NCBI GenBank assembly: GCA_029099845.1
Contig: JAQXOT010000019.1
Span: 13,733 to 77,732 of the forward strand
From: a bacterium
Lineage (GTDB): Bacteria > Bacillota_I > Bacilli_A > RF39 > UBA660
Length of the DNA: 64,000 bases
Direction: 5' to 3'
Made by a program: the position numbers and the translations under genes. Positions 8,576 through 16,890 of the stretch are shown piece after piece; positions within the stretch are counted from its first letter, which is position 1, and each line of letters begins with the position of its first letter. A model generated the notes under the pieces. That model did not search any database and had not been told where the DNA came from. It saw only the letters and a list, made by a program, of their open reading frames with translations.

Positions 8576-9946
8576 ATGGAAAAATTAACGATGGAAAAAT
8601 TAGTAGCATATTGCAAACAATATGGTTTTATATTTCAAGGAAGTGAAATTTACGGAGGATTAGCTAATACTTGGGATTATGGCCCATTAGGGGCAAGACT
8701 TAAAAATAATATTAAGGATTCTTGGAGAAAAAGATTTATTCAGGAAAGAAGTAATGCTTATGAAGTTGATGCGGCTATTTTAATGCACCCTAGGGTTTGG
8801 GAAGCAAGTGGTCATGTTGCTAGTTTTTCAGATCCTTTAATAGATTGTAAGGGTTGCAAAATGCGTCATAGAGCAGATAATTTGATAGATGATTTTGATC
8901 CTTCGGCACATGCTGATGGTATGAGTCAAGAAGAAATGCTTAATTATATCAAAGAGCATAAAGTCCCTTGCCCAAAATGTGGGAAAAGTGATTTTACTGA
9001 TATAAGACAGTTTAATTTGATGTTTGAAACACATAGAGGTGTTACTGAAGATGGAAAAAATAAAGTATATCTTCGTCCGGAAAATGCACAAGGAGAATAT
9101 GTTAATTTTTTGAATGTTCAAAGAAGTATGCGTGCAAAGTTACCATTTAGTATTGGACAAATTGGTAAGGCATTTAGAAATGAAATAACTCCAGGAAATT
9201 TTACATTTAGAACAATCGAATTTGAACAAATGGAATATCAAACTTTTTGTAAAGAAGGAAATGATAGTGAGTTATATGCATATTTTAAAGAATATGCTAG
9301 AAAGTATTTTATGGATTTAGGTTTGCCGGCAGAAAAATTAAGATATCATGATCATGAAAAATTGGCACATTACGCCAAAGAAGCCTGTGATATTGAATAT
9401 AAATTTAATTTTGGTTGGGGTGAAATTAACGGAACACATAATAGAACAAATTATGATTTAGGACGTCATCAAGAGTATTCAAATGTTTCTCAAGAATATT
9501 TAGATCCAGAAACTAATGAAAAATATATTCCGTATATAATTGAATCTACAGTAGGATGTGATAGAACTGTTTTGGCAGTGCTTGATAATGCTTATGATGC
9601 TGAGGAACTTGAAAATGGTGAAGTTCGTGAAGTTATGAGATTTACTCCATACCTTGCTCCATATAAGGTTGCTGTTTTACCACTTAGTAAAAAATATCAT
9701 GCTGAAAAAGCAAAAGAAATTTTTGAAATGTTAAATAAAGAATTTATGACTACTTATGATGAAACGGCCTCTATTGGTAAACGTTATCGTAGACAAGACG
9801 CAATTGGAACGCCATTTTGTATTACAATAGATGATGAGACTTTAAATAATGGAACAGTTACTTTAAGAGATAGGGATACTATGGAACAAATTGTCTTAAA
9901 AGTTGAAGATGTTAGTGATTATGTTTTAAAAAGAATAAAGTTTTAA
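8576..9946 (+). CDS. glyQS: Glycine--tRNA ligase (homodimeric alpha2 type)
   Basis: EIYGGLANTWDYGPLG, LRPENAQG, FRTIEFEQME, GKRYRRQDAIGTPFCITID. Confidence 0.97.
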   Translation: MEKLTMEKLVAYCKQYGFIFQGSEIYGGLANTWDYGPLGARLKNNIKDSWRKRFIQERSNAYEVDAAILMHPRVWEASGHVASFSDPLIDCKGCKMRHRADNLIDDFDPSAHADGMSQEEMLNYIKEHKVPCPKCGKSDFTDIRQFNLMFETHRGVTEDGKNKVYLRPENAQGEYVNFLNVQRSMRAKLPFSIGQIGKAFRNEITPGNFTFRTIEFEQMEYQTFCKEGNDSELYAYFKEYARKYFMDLGLPAEKLRYHDHEKLAHYAKEACDIEYKFNFGWGEINGTHNRTNYDLGRHQEYSNVSQEYLDPETNEKYIPYIIESTVGCDRTVLAVLDNAYDAEELENGEVREVMRFTPYLAPYKVAVLPLSKKYHAEKAKEIFEMLNKEFMTTYDETASIGKRYRRQDAIGTPFCITIDDETLNNGTVTLRDRDTMEQIVLKVEDVSDYVLKRIKF

Positions 9947-9961
9947 AGGGAGAGTTAAATT

Positions 9962-10444
9962 ATGAAATTTGAAAATGTTGTTGCTTTTCCAGAGGAAATG
10001 GAAGCTTATATGATAGTTAGAAATAAACTTGGCCTTACGGAGGAAGAATATTTAGGTTTATCACTTATTGAAAGAAGAGAATTAGCAGTTGCTTATCGAA
10101 CAGCAAAACGTTTGGGACTTATGAATTTAGATGAGTTACGTGATGGCTATAAAGATACAGCAATGTTTGATGAGGATGGGGCTTTTGATTTAGCTTCAGC
10201 GACGATGATTATTAAAACAAAACTTGGCGTATTAAGCTTAGCTAAAACAAAGCTAGGAATAAAAGATTCAATGGATGATTTTATTTTAAAAGGTGATAAA
10301 GAAACAAGCAGTATAGCGGAAAAAGTTAGAGAAGCTTATGCCGTTTCTGACTGCCGAGTTGTTCCTCACTTAAGCTATTTAGTAGAAGAAGAAAGTAATA
10401 CTAATATATTTTCTGCTGTTAATAACAAGTTTGAGTTTAATTAA
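9962..10444 (+). CDS. Hypothetical protein
   Basis: 160-aa ORF with SD 15 nt after glyQS, followed by a terminator; no recognised family. Confidence 0.65.
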   Translation: MKFENVVAFPEEMEAYMIVRNKLGLTEEEYLGLSLIERRELAVAYRTAKRLGLMNLDELRDGYKDTAMFDEDGAFDLASATMIIKTKLGVLSLAKTKLGIKDSMDDFILKGDKETSSIAEKVREAYAVSDCRVVPHLSYLVEEESNTNIFSAVNNKFEFN

Positions 10445-10463
10445 ACATTTTCATTTTTATATT

Positions 10464-10484
10464 GGAAGCTATGCTTCCTTTTTT
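10464..10484 (+). terminator. Intrinsic terminator ending the glyQS operon
   Basis: GGAAGC-tat-GCTTCC followed by a T run. Confidence 0.65.
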
Positions 10485-10682
10485 ATTAAAGTTTTAACTT
10501 TGCAAATAAAATTAGATTAATTATTGCTTCTTAAATATTTAGGTTTTGTTTATTTAATAGTTATTGCTAAAAGAACTAGGTGGCTTCTAGCACTTTTATC
10601 CTTGGGGAAAGTATTAATTTTAATTTTATAGTTTATTAAAAAATTATTTTTTTAGTTGATTTTAAATAAATAAAAATAATTG

Positions 10683-10711
10683 TTGACATTTTTTGGTGAT
10701 GTGCATATAAT
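10683..10711 (+). promoter_or_regulatory. sigma-A promoter of the infC operon
   Basis: Perfect TTGACA-N17-TATAAT. Confidence 0.85.
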
Positions 10712-10717
10712 ATTACT

Positions 10718-10850
10718 AGTCGAGAGAAAAAGGAAAGAGATTTATGTCCACCTGATCAACGAATAGTGATGGGTTAAATGCCAAGATAGATAGTTTATTT
10801 GTTGTGGTTTTTAGGTGGATATAAAGTTTATATCCGCTTTTCTTGTTTTA
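10718..10850 (+). promoter_or_regulatory. L20 leader (ribosomal protein attenuator)
   Basis: TCCACCTGA (10747-55) can pair with TTAGGTGGA (10811-19), competing with terminator GGTGGATATAAA-g-TTTATATCCGCT plus T tract; upstream of infC-rpmI-rplT. Confidence 0.8.
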
Positions 10851-10864
10851 TGGAGGTGTTGGAT

Positions 10865-11395
10865 ATCGCAAACAATAAGAATAACTTGTTGATTAATGAA
10901 CAAATTAGAGCTAAAGAAGTATTGGTAATTGGGCCAAATGGAGAACAAGTTGGAGTTAAGTCACTTCAGGATGCTATGACACTTGCATCTTATGCGGCTT
11001 TAGACTTGGTACTTATTAGTCCTAATGCTAATCCACCGGTTTGCAAAGTAATGGATTATAATAAATATCGTTACGAGAAGCAAAAGAAGGAAAAGGAAGC
11101 ATTAAAAAAGCAAAAAGCTAATATGTCTGAACTTAAGGAGTATCGTTTATCACCAGTTATTGATGTAGGAGATTTTGAGACCAAACTTAGAAACGCAACC
11201 AAGTATTTAGAAAAAGGTGATCGAATTAAACTTACAGTACGTTTTAAAGGACGTCAATTAGCTCATACTGAGTTAGGTAAGGAAGTACTTGATCGCTTTG
11301 CGACAAGAGTTGCAGATTATGCGGATATAGAACAAAAGCCTAAGTTAGAAGGTAAGACAATGACTATGTTGTTAGTACCAAAGAAAGATAAATAG
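10865..11395 (+). CDS. infC: Translation initiation factor IF-3 (non-canonical ATC start)
   Basis: INEQIRAKEV, LDLVLISPNANPPVCKVMDY; GGAGGT 7 nt before in-frame ATC 10865. Non-AUG infC starts are established. Track start 10799 lies in the leader. Confidence 0.95.
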   Translation: MANNKNNLLINEQIRAKEVLVIGPNGEQVGVKSLQDAMTLASYAALDLVLISPNANPPVCKVMDYNKYRYEKQKKEKEALKKQKANMSELKEYRLSPVIDVGDFETKLRNATKYLEKGDRIKLTVRFKGRQLAHTELGKEVLDRFATRVADYADIEQKPKLEGKTMTMLLVPKKDK

Positions 11396-11410
11396 TAGGA
11401 GGAATTTAAT

Positions 11411-11596
11411 ATGCCAAAAATTAAGACACATAAAGGAACAGCAAAAGTTTTAACAAAACGTAAAAATGATTGCAAGATTGGAAAACCAGGAAGTCGTCAT
11501 AATACTGGTTCAAAACCAACAGCAGTTAATAGAAAGAATAGAAAAGGATCAAGTTTAAGTAAGGCTGATCAAAATAGATTAAAAAATTTAATCTAA
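11411..11596 (+). CDS. rpmI: 50S ribosomal protein L35
   Basis: MPKIKTHKGTAK; between infC and rplT. Confidence 0.92.
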   Translation: MPKIKTHKGTAKVLTKRKNDCKIGKPGSRHNTGSKPTAVNRKNRKGSSLSKADQNRLKNLI

Positions 11597-11620
11597 TGAG
11601 CATAGAAGGAGGAAATAGAC

Positions 11621-12193
11621 ATGGCAAGAGTAAAAAATGGAGCAGTTACAAAAGCTCGTCATAAAAAAGTATTAAAAGAAGCTAAAGGTTACTTTGGTAG
11701 TAAACATAGACTTTATAAAACAGCAAAAGAACAATTAATGCATTCTGGTCAATATGCATTTAGAGACAGAAAGCAAAAGAAGAGAGATTTTAGAAAATTA
11801 TGGATTACAAGAATTAATGCAGCATGCCGTCAAAATGATATTAGTTATTCAAGATTTATTGAAGGATTAAATAAGGCTGGTGTTGAAGTAAACCGTAAAA
11901 TGTTATCTGAAATAGCAATTAATGATCCAAAAATGTTTGCAGAATTTGTAAAAGTTGCTAAAGATGGTAAAGCTGGTAAGATTACTAAGGCTACAGAAGT
12001 AGCTGGAAAAGAGGTAACTATTGCTAGCAAAACAGCAAAGAGTGAAAAAGTAGTTTCTAAAGAAAACAAAGAAGAAAAGAAAGTTGATTATTCAAAAATG
12101 ACAGTTCAAGAATTAAAACAAGTAGCTTTAGAAAAGAAAATTGATGTTGCTGGAATGAAAAAAGCAGAAATAGTTGCAGCATTAACTAAATAA
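11621..12193 (+). CDS. rplT: 50S ribosomal protein L20 with C-terminal linker and Rho_N-like domain
   Basis: [31 protein letters not shown] core; about 75-aa extension ending [14 protein letters not shown]...[12 protein letters not shown]. Confidence 0.97.
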   Translation: MARVKNGAVTKARHKKVLKEAKGYFGSKHRLYKTAKEQLMHSGQYAFRDRKQKKRDFRKLWITRINAACRQNDISYSRFIEGLNKAGVEVNRKMLSEIAINDPKMFAEFVKVAKDGKAGKITKATEVAGKEVTIASKTAKSEKVVSKENKEEKKVDYSKMTVQELKQVALEKKIDVAGMKKAEIVAALTK

Positions 12194-12195
12194 GC

Positions 12196-12270
12196 ATATT
12201 AGTGGATTTACTTATCTAGTGCCAGAAATGGTGATTATGTATTAGAAACTAATAGAAGATAAAAACGAAG
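12196..12270 (+). promoter_or_regulatory. Putative S2 (rpsB) leader
   Basis: TATTAGT...ACTAATA stem enclosing GTGC..AAATG; directly upstream of rpsB. Recognised by eye only. Confidence 0.4.
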
Positions 12271-12279
12271 GAGAAAATT

Positions 12280-13200
12280 ATGACTATTGTATCAATGAAT
12301 TATTTATTAGAAGCTGGTGTTCATTTCGGACATCAAAAGAGAAGATGGAATCCAAAAATGAAGGAATACATCTATACTACAAGAGATGATATTTATATTA
12401 TCGATTTACAAAAGACAGTTAAGAAATTAGAGGAAGCTTATGAAGCAATGAAAGAAATAGCTTCTAATGGTGGAAAAGTTTTATTTGTAGGAACTAAAAA
12501 GCAAGCTCAAGAAGCTGCAGAAGAAAGTGCTACTAGAACTAATATGTACTTTGTAAATGAAAGATGGTTAGGTGGAACATTAACTAACTTTAAGACTATT
12601 CGTTCAAGAATTAAGAGAATGGAAGAAATTGAAAAAATGGAACAAGATGGTATTTTCGATATGCTTCCAAAAAAAGACGTTATTCAAATTAAAAAGGAAT
12701 ATGATAAGCTAAATAAAAACTTAAGAGGAATTAGAGAAATGAAGAAAATGCCTCAGGCATTAGTAATCGTTGATCCTCGTAAAGAAGAAATTGCAATTAA
12801 GGAAGCTCATATTTTAGGAATCCCAGTATTTGGTATCGTAGATACAAACTGTGATCCAGATGTTGTTGATTATGTAATACCAGGAAATGATGATGCTGTA
12901 CGTTCAGTTAAATTATTGATTGGTGTATTAACTAATGCAATTGCAGAAGCTAATGGAAATGAAATTATTGATTTTATTAGTGAAGATGATAAAGCAAAAA
13001 ATGAGAAAAAAGTAGCTAAAAAAGAAGAAGTTGCTGAAGTAAAAGAAACAGTAAAAGAAGAAGTAGTAGAAGAAACTATGGCTTCAACTAGTTTAGAAGA
13101 TTTAACTTTAGCTGAATTAAAAGCTATGGCAAAGGAACAAGAAATTAAAGGTTATTCTACTATGAAAAAATCTGAATTAGTAGATGCTTTAACTAAATAG
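12280..13200 (+). CDS. rpsB: 30S ribosomal protein S2 with acidic linker and Rho_N-like domain
   Basis: [37 protein letters not shown]; tail [35 protein letters not shown]. Confidence 0.97.
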   Translation: MTIVSMNYLLEAGVHFGHQKRRWNPKMKEYIYTTRDDIYIIDLQKTVKKLEEAYEAMKEIASNGGKVLFVGTKKQAQEAAEESATRTNMYFVNERWLGGTLTNFKTIRSRIKRMEEIEKMEQDGIFDMLPKKDVIQIKKEYDKLNKNLRGIREMKKMPQALVIVDPRKEEIAIKEAHILGIPVFGIVDTNCDPDVVDYVIPGNDDAVRSVKLLIGVLTNAIAEANGNEIIDFISEDDKAKNEKKVAKKEEVAEVKETVKEEVVEETMASTSLEDLTLAELKAMAKEQEIKGYSTMKKSELVDALTK

Positions 13201-13213
13201 TTTGGCTTTAATT

Positions 13214-13250
13214 AAGGAGGGTAGGTGGTTTTTACCTTCCTTTTATTTTT
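13214..13250 (+). terminator. Intrinsic terminator between rpsB and tsf
   Basis: AAGGAGGGTAG/TTACCTTCCTT stem plus long T tract. Confidence 0.7.
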
Positions 13251-13311
13251 TTCTATTTTATTATTTCAAAAAATACGATATAATATTTTTGTTGTTTAAA
13301 GGAGGACATGT

Positions 13312-14187
13312 ATGTTTAGTGCAAAAGATGTAAAAGAATTAAGAGAAAAAACAGGGGCTGGAATGCTTGATTGTAAAAAGGCTTTAGAAGCTTGTGAGGG
13401 TAATCTTGACAAAGCATGTGATTGGTTAAGAGAAAAAGGTATTGCTAAAGCTGCTAAAAAGGAAAGTAGAATAGCTGCTGAAGGATTATGTCAAATTAAA
13501 GTTGAAGGCAATAATGCTGTTATGTTGGAAGTAAATTCAGAAACAGATTTCGTTGCAAAGAATGCTGAATTTGTAAATTTTGTTGATTTCTTAGCTGCAC
13601 AAATTTTAGCTAATGATGTTAAGAGTGTTGATGAGGCATTAACTATTTCAGTCGATGGTGAAACAATTAATGATAAATTAGTTGCGTTAGTTGCTAAAAT
13701 TGGTGAAAAAATTAGTTTTAGACGTTTTGAGAAGTTTACTAAAAACGATGATGAAGTATTTGGTACTTATAAGCATATGGGTGGAAAAATTGGTGTTGTT
13801 GTAGTTGTAAAGGGTGCAAATAGTGAGGTTGCTAAAGATGTTGCAATGCAAGCTGCTGCTATGAACCCAACTGCATTAAGACGTGATGAAGTTCCAGCTG
13901 ATGTTGTTGAAAGAGAATCTCATATTATTAAGGAACAAGTTATGGCTGAAGGAAAACCAGAAGAAATAGCTGAAAAAATGGTTGTTGGAAGATTAAATAA
14001 GTTTTATAAAGAAGTTTGTTTAGAAGAACAAGCATTTATTAAGGATTCTTCTTTATCAGTACTTGATTATGTTAAAAATAATGGTGGAGAAATTTGCTCA
14101 ATGACAAGATTTGAAGTAGGCGAAGGAATCGAAAAACGTCAAGATGACTTTGCTAGCGAAGTTATGAGTCAAATTCAAAATTCTTAA
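13312..14187 (+). CDS. tsf: Elongation factor Ts
   Basis: VKELREKTGAGMLDCKKAL, EVNSETDFVAKN. Confidence 0.98.
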   Translation: MFSAKDVKELREKTGAGMLDCKKALEACEGNLDKACDWLREKGIAKAAKKESRIAAEGLCQIKVEGNNAVMLEVNSETDFVAKNAEFVNFVDFLAAQILANDVKSVDEALTISVDGETINDKLVALVAKIGEKISFRRFEKFTKNDDEVFGTYKHMGGKIGVVVVVKGANSEVAKDVAMQAAAMNPTALRRDEVPADVVERESHIIKEQVMAEGKPEEIAEKMVVGRLNKFYKEVCLEEQAFIKDSSLSVLDYVKNNGGEICSMTRFEVGEGIEKRQDDFASEVMSQIQNS

Positions 14188-14197
14188 GTTATTAGTT

Positions 14198-14226
14198 AAG
14201 ACTACATTTTATGTAGTCTTTTTTAG
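14198..14226 (+). terminator. Intrinsic terminator after tsf
   Basis: AAGACTACAT-ttt-ATGTAGTCTT plus T run. Confidence 0.8.
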
Positions 14227-14319
14227 ATAAAATTACTTGCGATATTTTTAAATAAATTTTATAATAATTGTAATTAGTATGTTTTTATTACTTTACCATA
14301 ATTTTTAATAGAGGTATTT

Positions 14320-14883
14320 ATGAAAAAAGTTGTATTATTAGTAGTAATTAGTATATTTTTTATTACTGGTTGTTCAGTAAAAAGAACTGAGGATGTTACT
14401 GACGGGGAAATATTTGCATCAGAATATGCGGTTAATAAGGATAATGTATTTAAATATGCAACGATTGAGGAAGTTTTAAGTTTATTTAAAGATGGTACTG
14501 GGGTTATTTTATTTGGTAATTCTGATCAAGATGAATGTTATTCTGTTGTAAAAATGTTTATGGATTTAGTTTCTGAAAATAATATTTCAGAGGTTTATTA
14601 CTATGATCCTACTATGATTAGAGATGATGGTAGTAAGGAGTATGATGAACTTCTTAATTTACTGGGAGATAATTTAACTATTACTGATGATGATTTAGAA
14701 TTAATGATTCCTTCTGTATATTTTGTAAGAGATGGTGAAATTGTTGGTTATAATGATGAAGCTGTTTTGATGCTTGATATTGCTGATGAGGTGGAACTTG
14801 ATGATTTTTTGAAAGTCTTAGAGGATAAATATTTTAAATTAATTAAAAAGTATGTTGATGGAGAGTCAGAGGATGTTGATTAA
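14320..14883 (+). CDS. Lipoprotein, thioredoxin-like fold lacking CxxC
   Basis: MKK + hydrophobic stretch + lipobox ITGC; GTGVILFG...EC, EVYYYD, IPSVYFVRDGEIVG. Confidence 0.7.
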   Translation: MKKVVLLVVISIFFITGCSVKRTEDVTDGEIFASEYAVNKDNVFKYATIEEVLSLFKDGTGVILFGNSDQDECYSVVKMFMDLVSENNISEVYYYDPTMIRDDGSKEYDELLNLLGDNLTITDDDLELMIPSVYFVRDGEIVGYNDEAVLMLDIADEVELDDFLKVLEDKYFKLIKKYVDGESEDVD

Positions 14884-14972
14884 AAGAAGGCTAATTTTTA
14901 TTTAAAATATATATTTTGCTTTCATTTATAAATTATTTATAATATAATACAATTTAAGGAGAGATTTTATTA

Positions 14973-15521
14973 ATGGATAGTGATATGATTATGTTAGAGC
15001 TTAATGAAAAGATGGATAAGGCAATTGAGACTTTGGAAAAAAGATTTACAACAGTTAGAGCTGGGAGAGCTAATCCTTCTAGTTTGGATGGGATAATGGT
15101 TGAATATTATGGAAGTATGACACCATTAAAACAACTTGCAACTATTTCAGTTCCTGAGGCTAGACAGTTATTAATTAAACCATTTGACAAGGGCTGTTTA
15201 AAGGGAATAGAAAAAGCTATTTTAGCATCTAATTTAGGCTATAATCCTGGTAATGATGGAGAAACGATTAGAATTGTTATTCCTGAATTAACGGAAGAAA
15301 GAAGAAGAGAACTTGTAAAACAAGTTAAGGCATTAGCTGAAGAGACTAAAGTAGCAATTAGAAATATTCGTCGTGAAGCATTAGAAGATTTAGAAAAGCA
15401 AGAAATGTCAGAAGATGTAGAAAAGCAGCTAGAAAAAGAAGTTCAAGATGTTGTTAATGAATATAATAAAAAAGTTGAAACTAAATTAAAAGAAAAAGAG
15501 CAAGAATTGCTTACAGTTTAG
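14973..15521 (+). CDS. frr: Ribosome recycling factor
   Basis: TVRAGRANPS, NPGNDG, IPELTEERRRELVK. Confidence 0.98.
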   Translation: MDSDMIMLELNEKMDKAIETLEKRFTTVRAGRANPSSLDGIMVEYYGSMTPLKQLATISVPEARQLLIKPFDKGCLKGIEKAILASNLGYNPGNDGETIRIVIPELTEERRRELVKQVKALAEETKVAIRNIRREALEDLEKQEMSEDVEKQLEKEVQDVVNEYNKKVETKLKEKEQELLTV

Positions 15522-15587
15522 TCTAGTTTTTTAAAATAGTTATTTAAATAGAACAAATTTGTATTTTTTATGTTATAATTGTCGTTA

Positions 15588-15802
15588 TATCGATGTTGAT
15601 TGGGAAGTAGTAGTAAATGATTTTGTTTAAGAGAGCTTATGGGTGGTGTAAATAAGTACAAATAGTTTATGAATTCGTCTCAGGAGTTCTTATTAATAGT
15701 AAGCGTTTATCTTGCGTTAAAAGATTTAGAGAGTATAGTAATAACTATAAATTAAGGTGGTACCGCGAGCTTTTCGTCCTTATATTTATAGTTATTTTTT
15801 TC
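15588..15802 (+). promoter_or_regulatory. T-box riboswitch (Phe)
   Basis: AGAGAG/GGTGGTG distal motifs; specifier GAA-TTC (TTC at 15674-76); AAGGTGGTACCGCG at 15754-67; terminator and T run; pheST downstream. Confidence 0.93.
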
Positions 15803-15848
15803 TGATATTAAGATAATTTATAAAAGTTAATAAAGGAGGTAAATTAAT

Positions 15849-16889
15849 ATGAAAATTGAAGAAATTAGAAAATTAATAGAAGAAGATAAGAATAAGGTAG
15901 CTGATTTAAAAGCTTTAAATGATTTAAAAGTAAAATATTTGGGTAAAAAAGGACTTATTTCAGAACTAAATCAAGAAATTAAGAATATTCCTAATGAAGA
16001 AAAGAGGGAGTTTGGTCAAAAGGTTAATGAACTTAGGGATTTATTTAATAATTTTTATTTAGAAAAAAAGAATGAATTTGAAACGGCTTTATTAAATGAA
16101 AAATTGAGTACAGAAGCCATTGATATTAGTCTACCAGCTGTAGAAGTTGTTAGTGGTGCTCCTAATATTTTGGAAAAGCTAATAGAAGAAGTTGAAGAAG
16201 TGTTTATGTCAATGGGGTATGATGTTGTAGATGGCCCAGAGATTGAGGAAGATAGATATAATTTTGAAATGCTAAATATTCCTAAAGGCCATCCTGCAAG
16301 AGATGCTCAAGATACATTCTATTTAGAAGGAGAAGAAATTTTATTACGTAGTCAGACTTCCCCAGTTCAAGTTAGAACTATGTTAGAGGGAAATGGTGTT
16401 ACTCCAATTAGAATGATTTGCCCTGGTAAAACATATAGACGTGATGATGATGATGCAACTCATTCACATCAATTTATGCAAATTGAGGGTTTATTAGTAG
16501 ATAAGGATATTAGTTTAAGTGATTTAAAAGGAACAATCGATGAGGTTGTTAAAAAATTATTTGGTAGTGATGTTGAAACACGGTTTAGACCAAGTTATTA
16601 TCAGTTTACAGAACCTAGTGTTGAGGTTGATATTAGTTGTTTTAATTGTCATGGTAATGGCTGCAATATTTGTAAGAAAACAGGCTGGTTAACTGTTGCG
16701 GGAGCAGGAATTGTTCATCCTAATGTCTTAAGAATGAGTGGATATGATCCTGAAAAATGGACTGGTTTTGCTTTTGGCTTTGGTGCTGAGAGATTAGCTA
16801 TGCTTAAGTATGATATTCATGATTTAAGAGTTTTCTATAATACTGATTTAAGAGAAAGTAGAAATTTTGACCGAAAGGAGTCTTTATAA
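15849..16889 (+). CDS. pheS: Phenylalanine--tRNA ligase alpha subunit
   Basis: HPARDAQDTFY, LLRSQTSPVQ, YQFTEPS, GFAFGFGAERLAML. Confidence 0.98.
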   Translation: MKIEEIRKLIEEDKNKVADLKALNDLKVKYLGKKGLISELNQEIKNIPNEEKREFGQKVNELRDLFNNFYLEKKNEFETALLNEKLSTEAIDISLPAVEVVSGAPNILEKLIEEVEEVFMSMGYDVVDGPEIEEDRYNFEMLNIPKGHPARDAQDTFYLEGEEILLRSQTSPVQVRTMLEGNGVTPIRMICPGKTYRRDDDDATHSHQFMQIEGLLVDKDISLSDLKGTIDEVVKKLFGSDVETRFRPSYYQFTEPSVEVDISCFNCHGNGCNICKKTGWLTVAGAGIVHPNVLRMSGYDPEKWTGFAFGFGAERLAMLKYDIHDLRVFYNTDLRESRNFDRKESL

Positions 16890-16890
16890 A

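Noticed and set aside
10799-10864. Track N-terminal extensions for infC, and likewise 19509, 31445 and 41649
   Set aside because: These starts fall in leaders, T-box motifs or opposite-strand genes; better SD-supported starts lie downstream.
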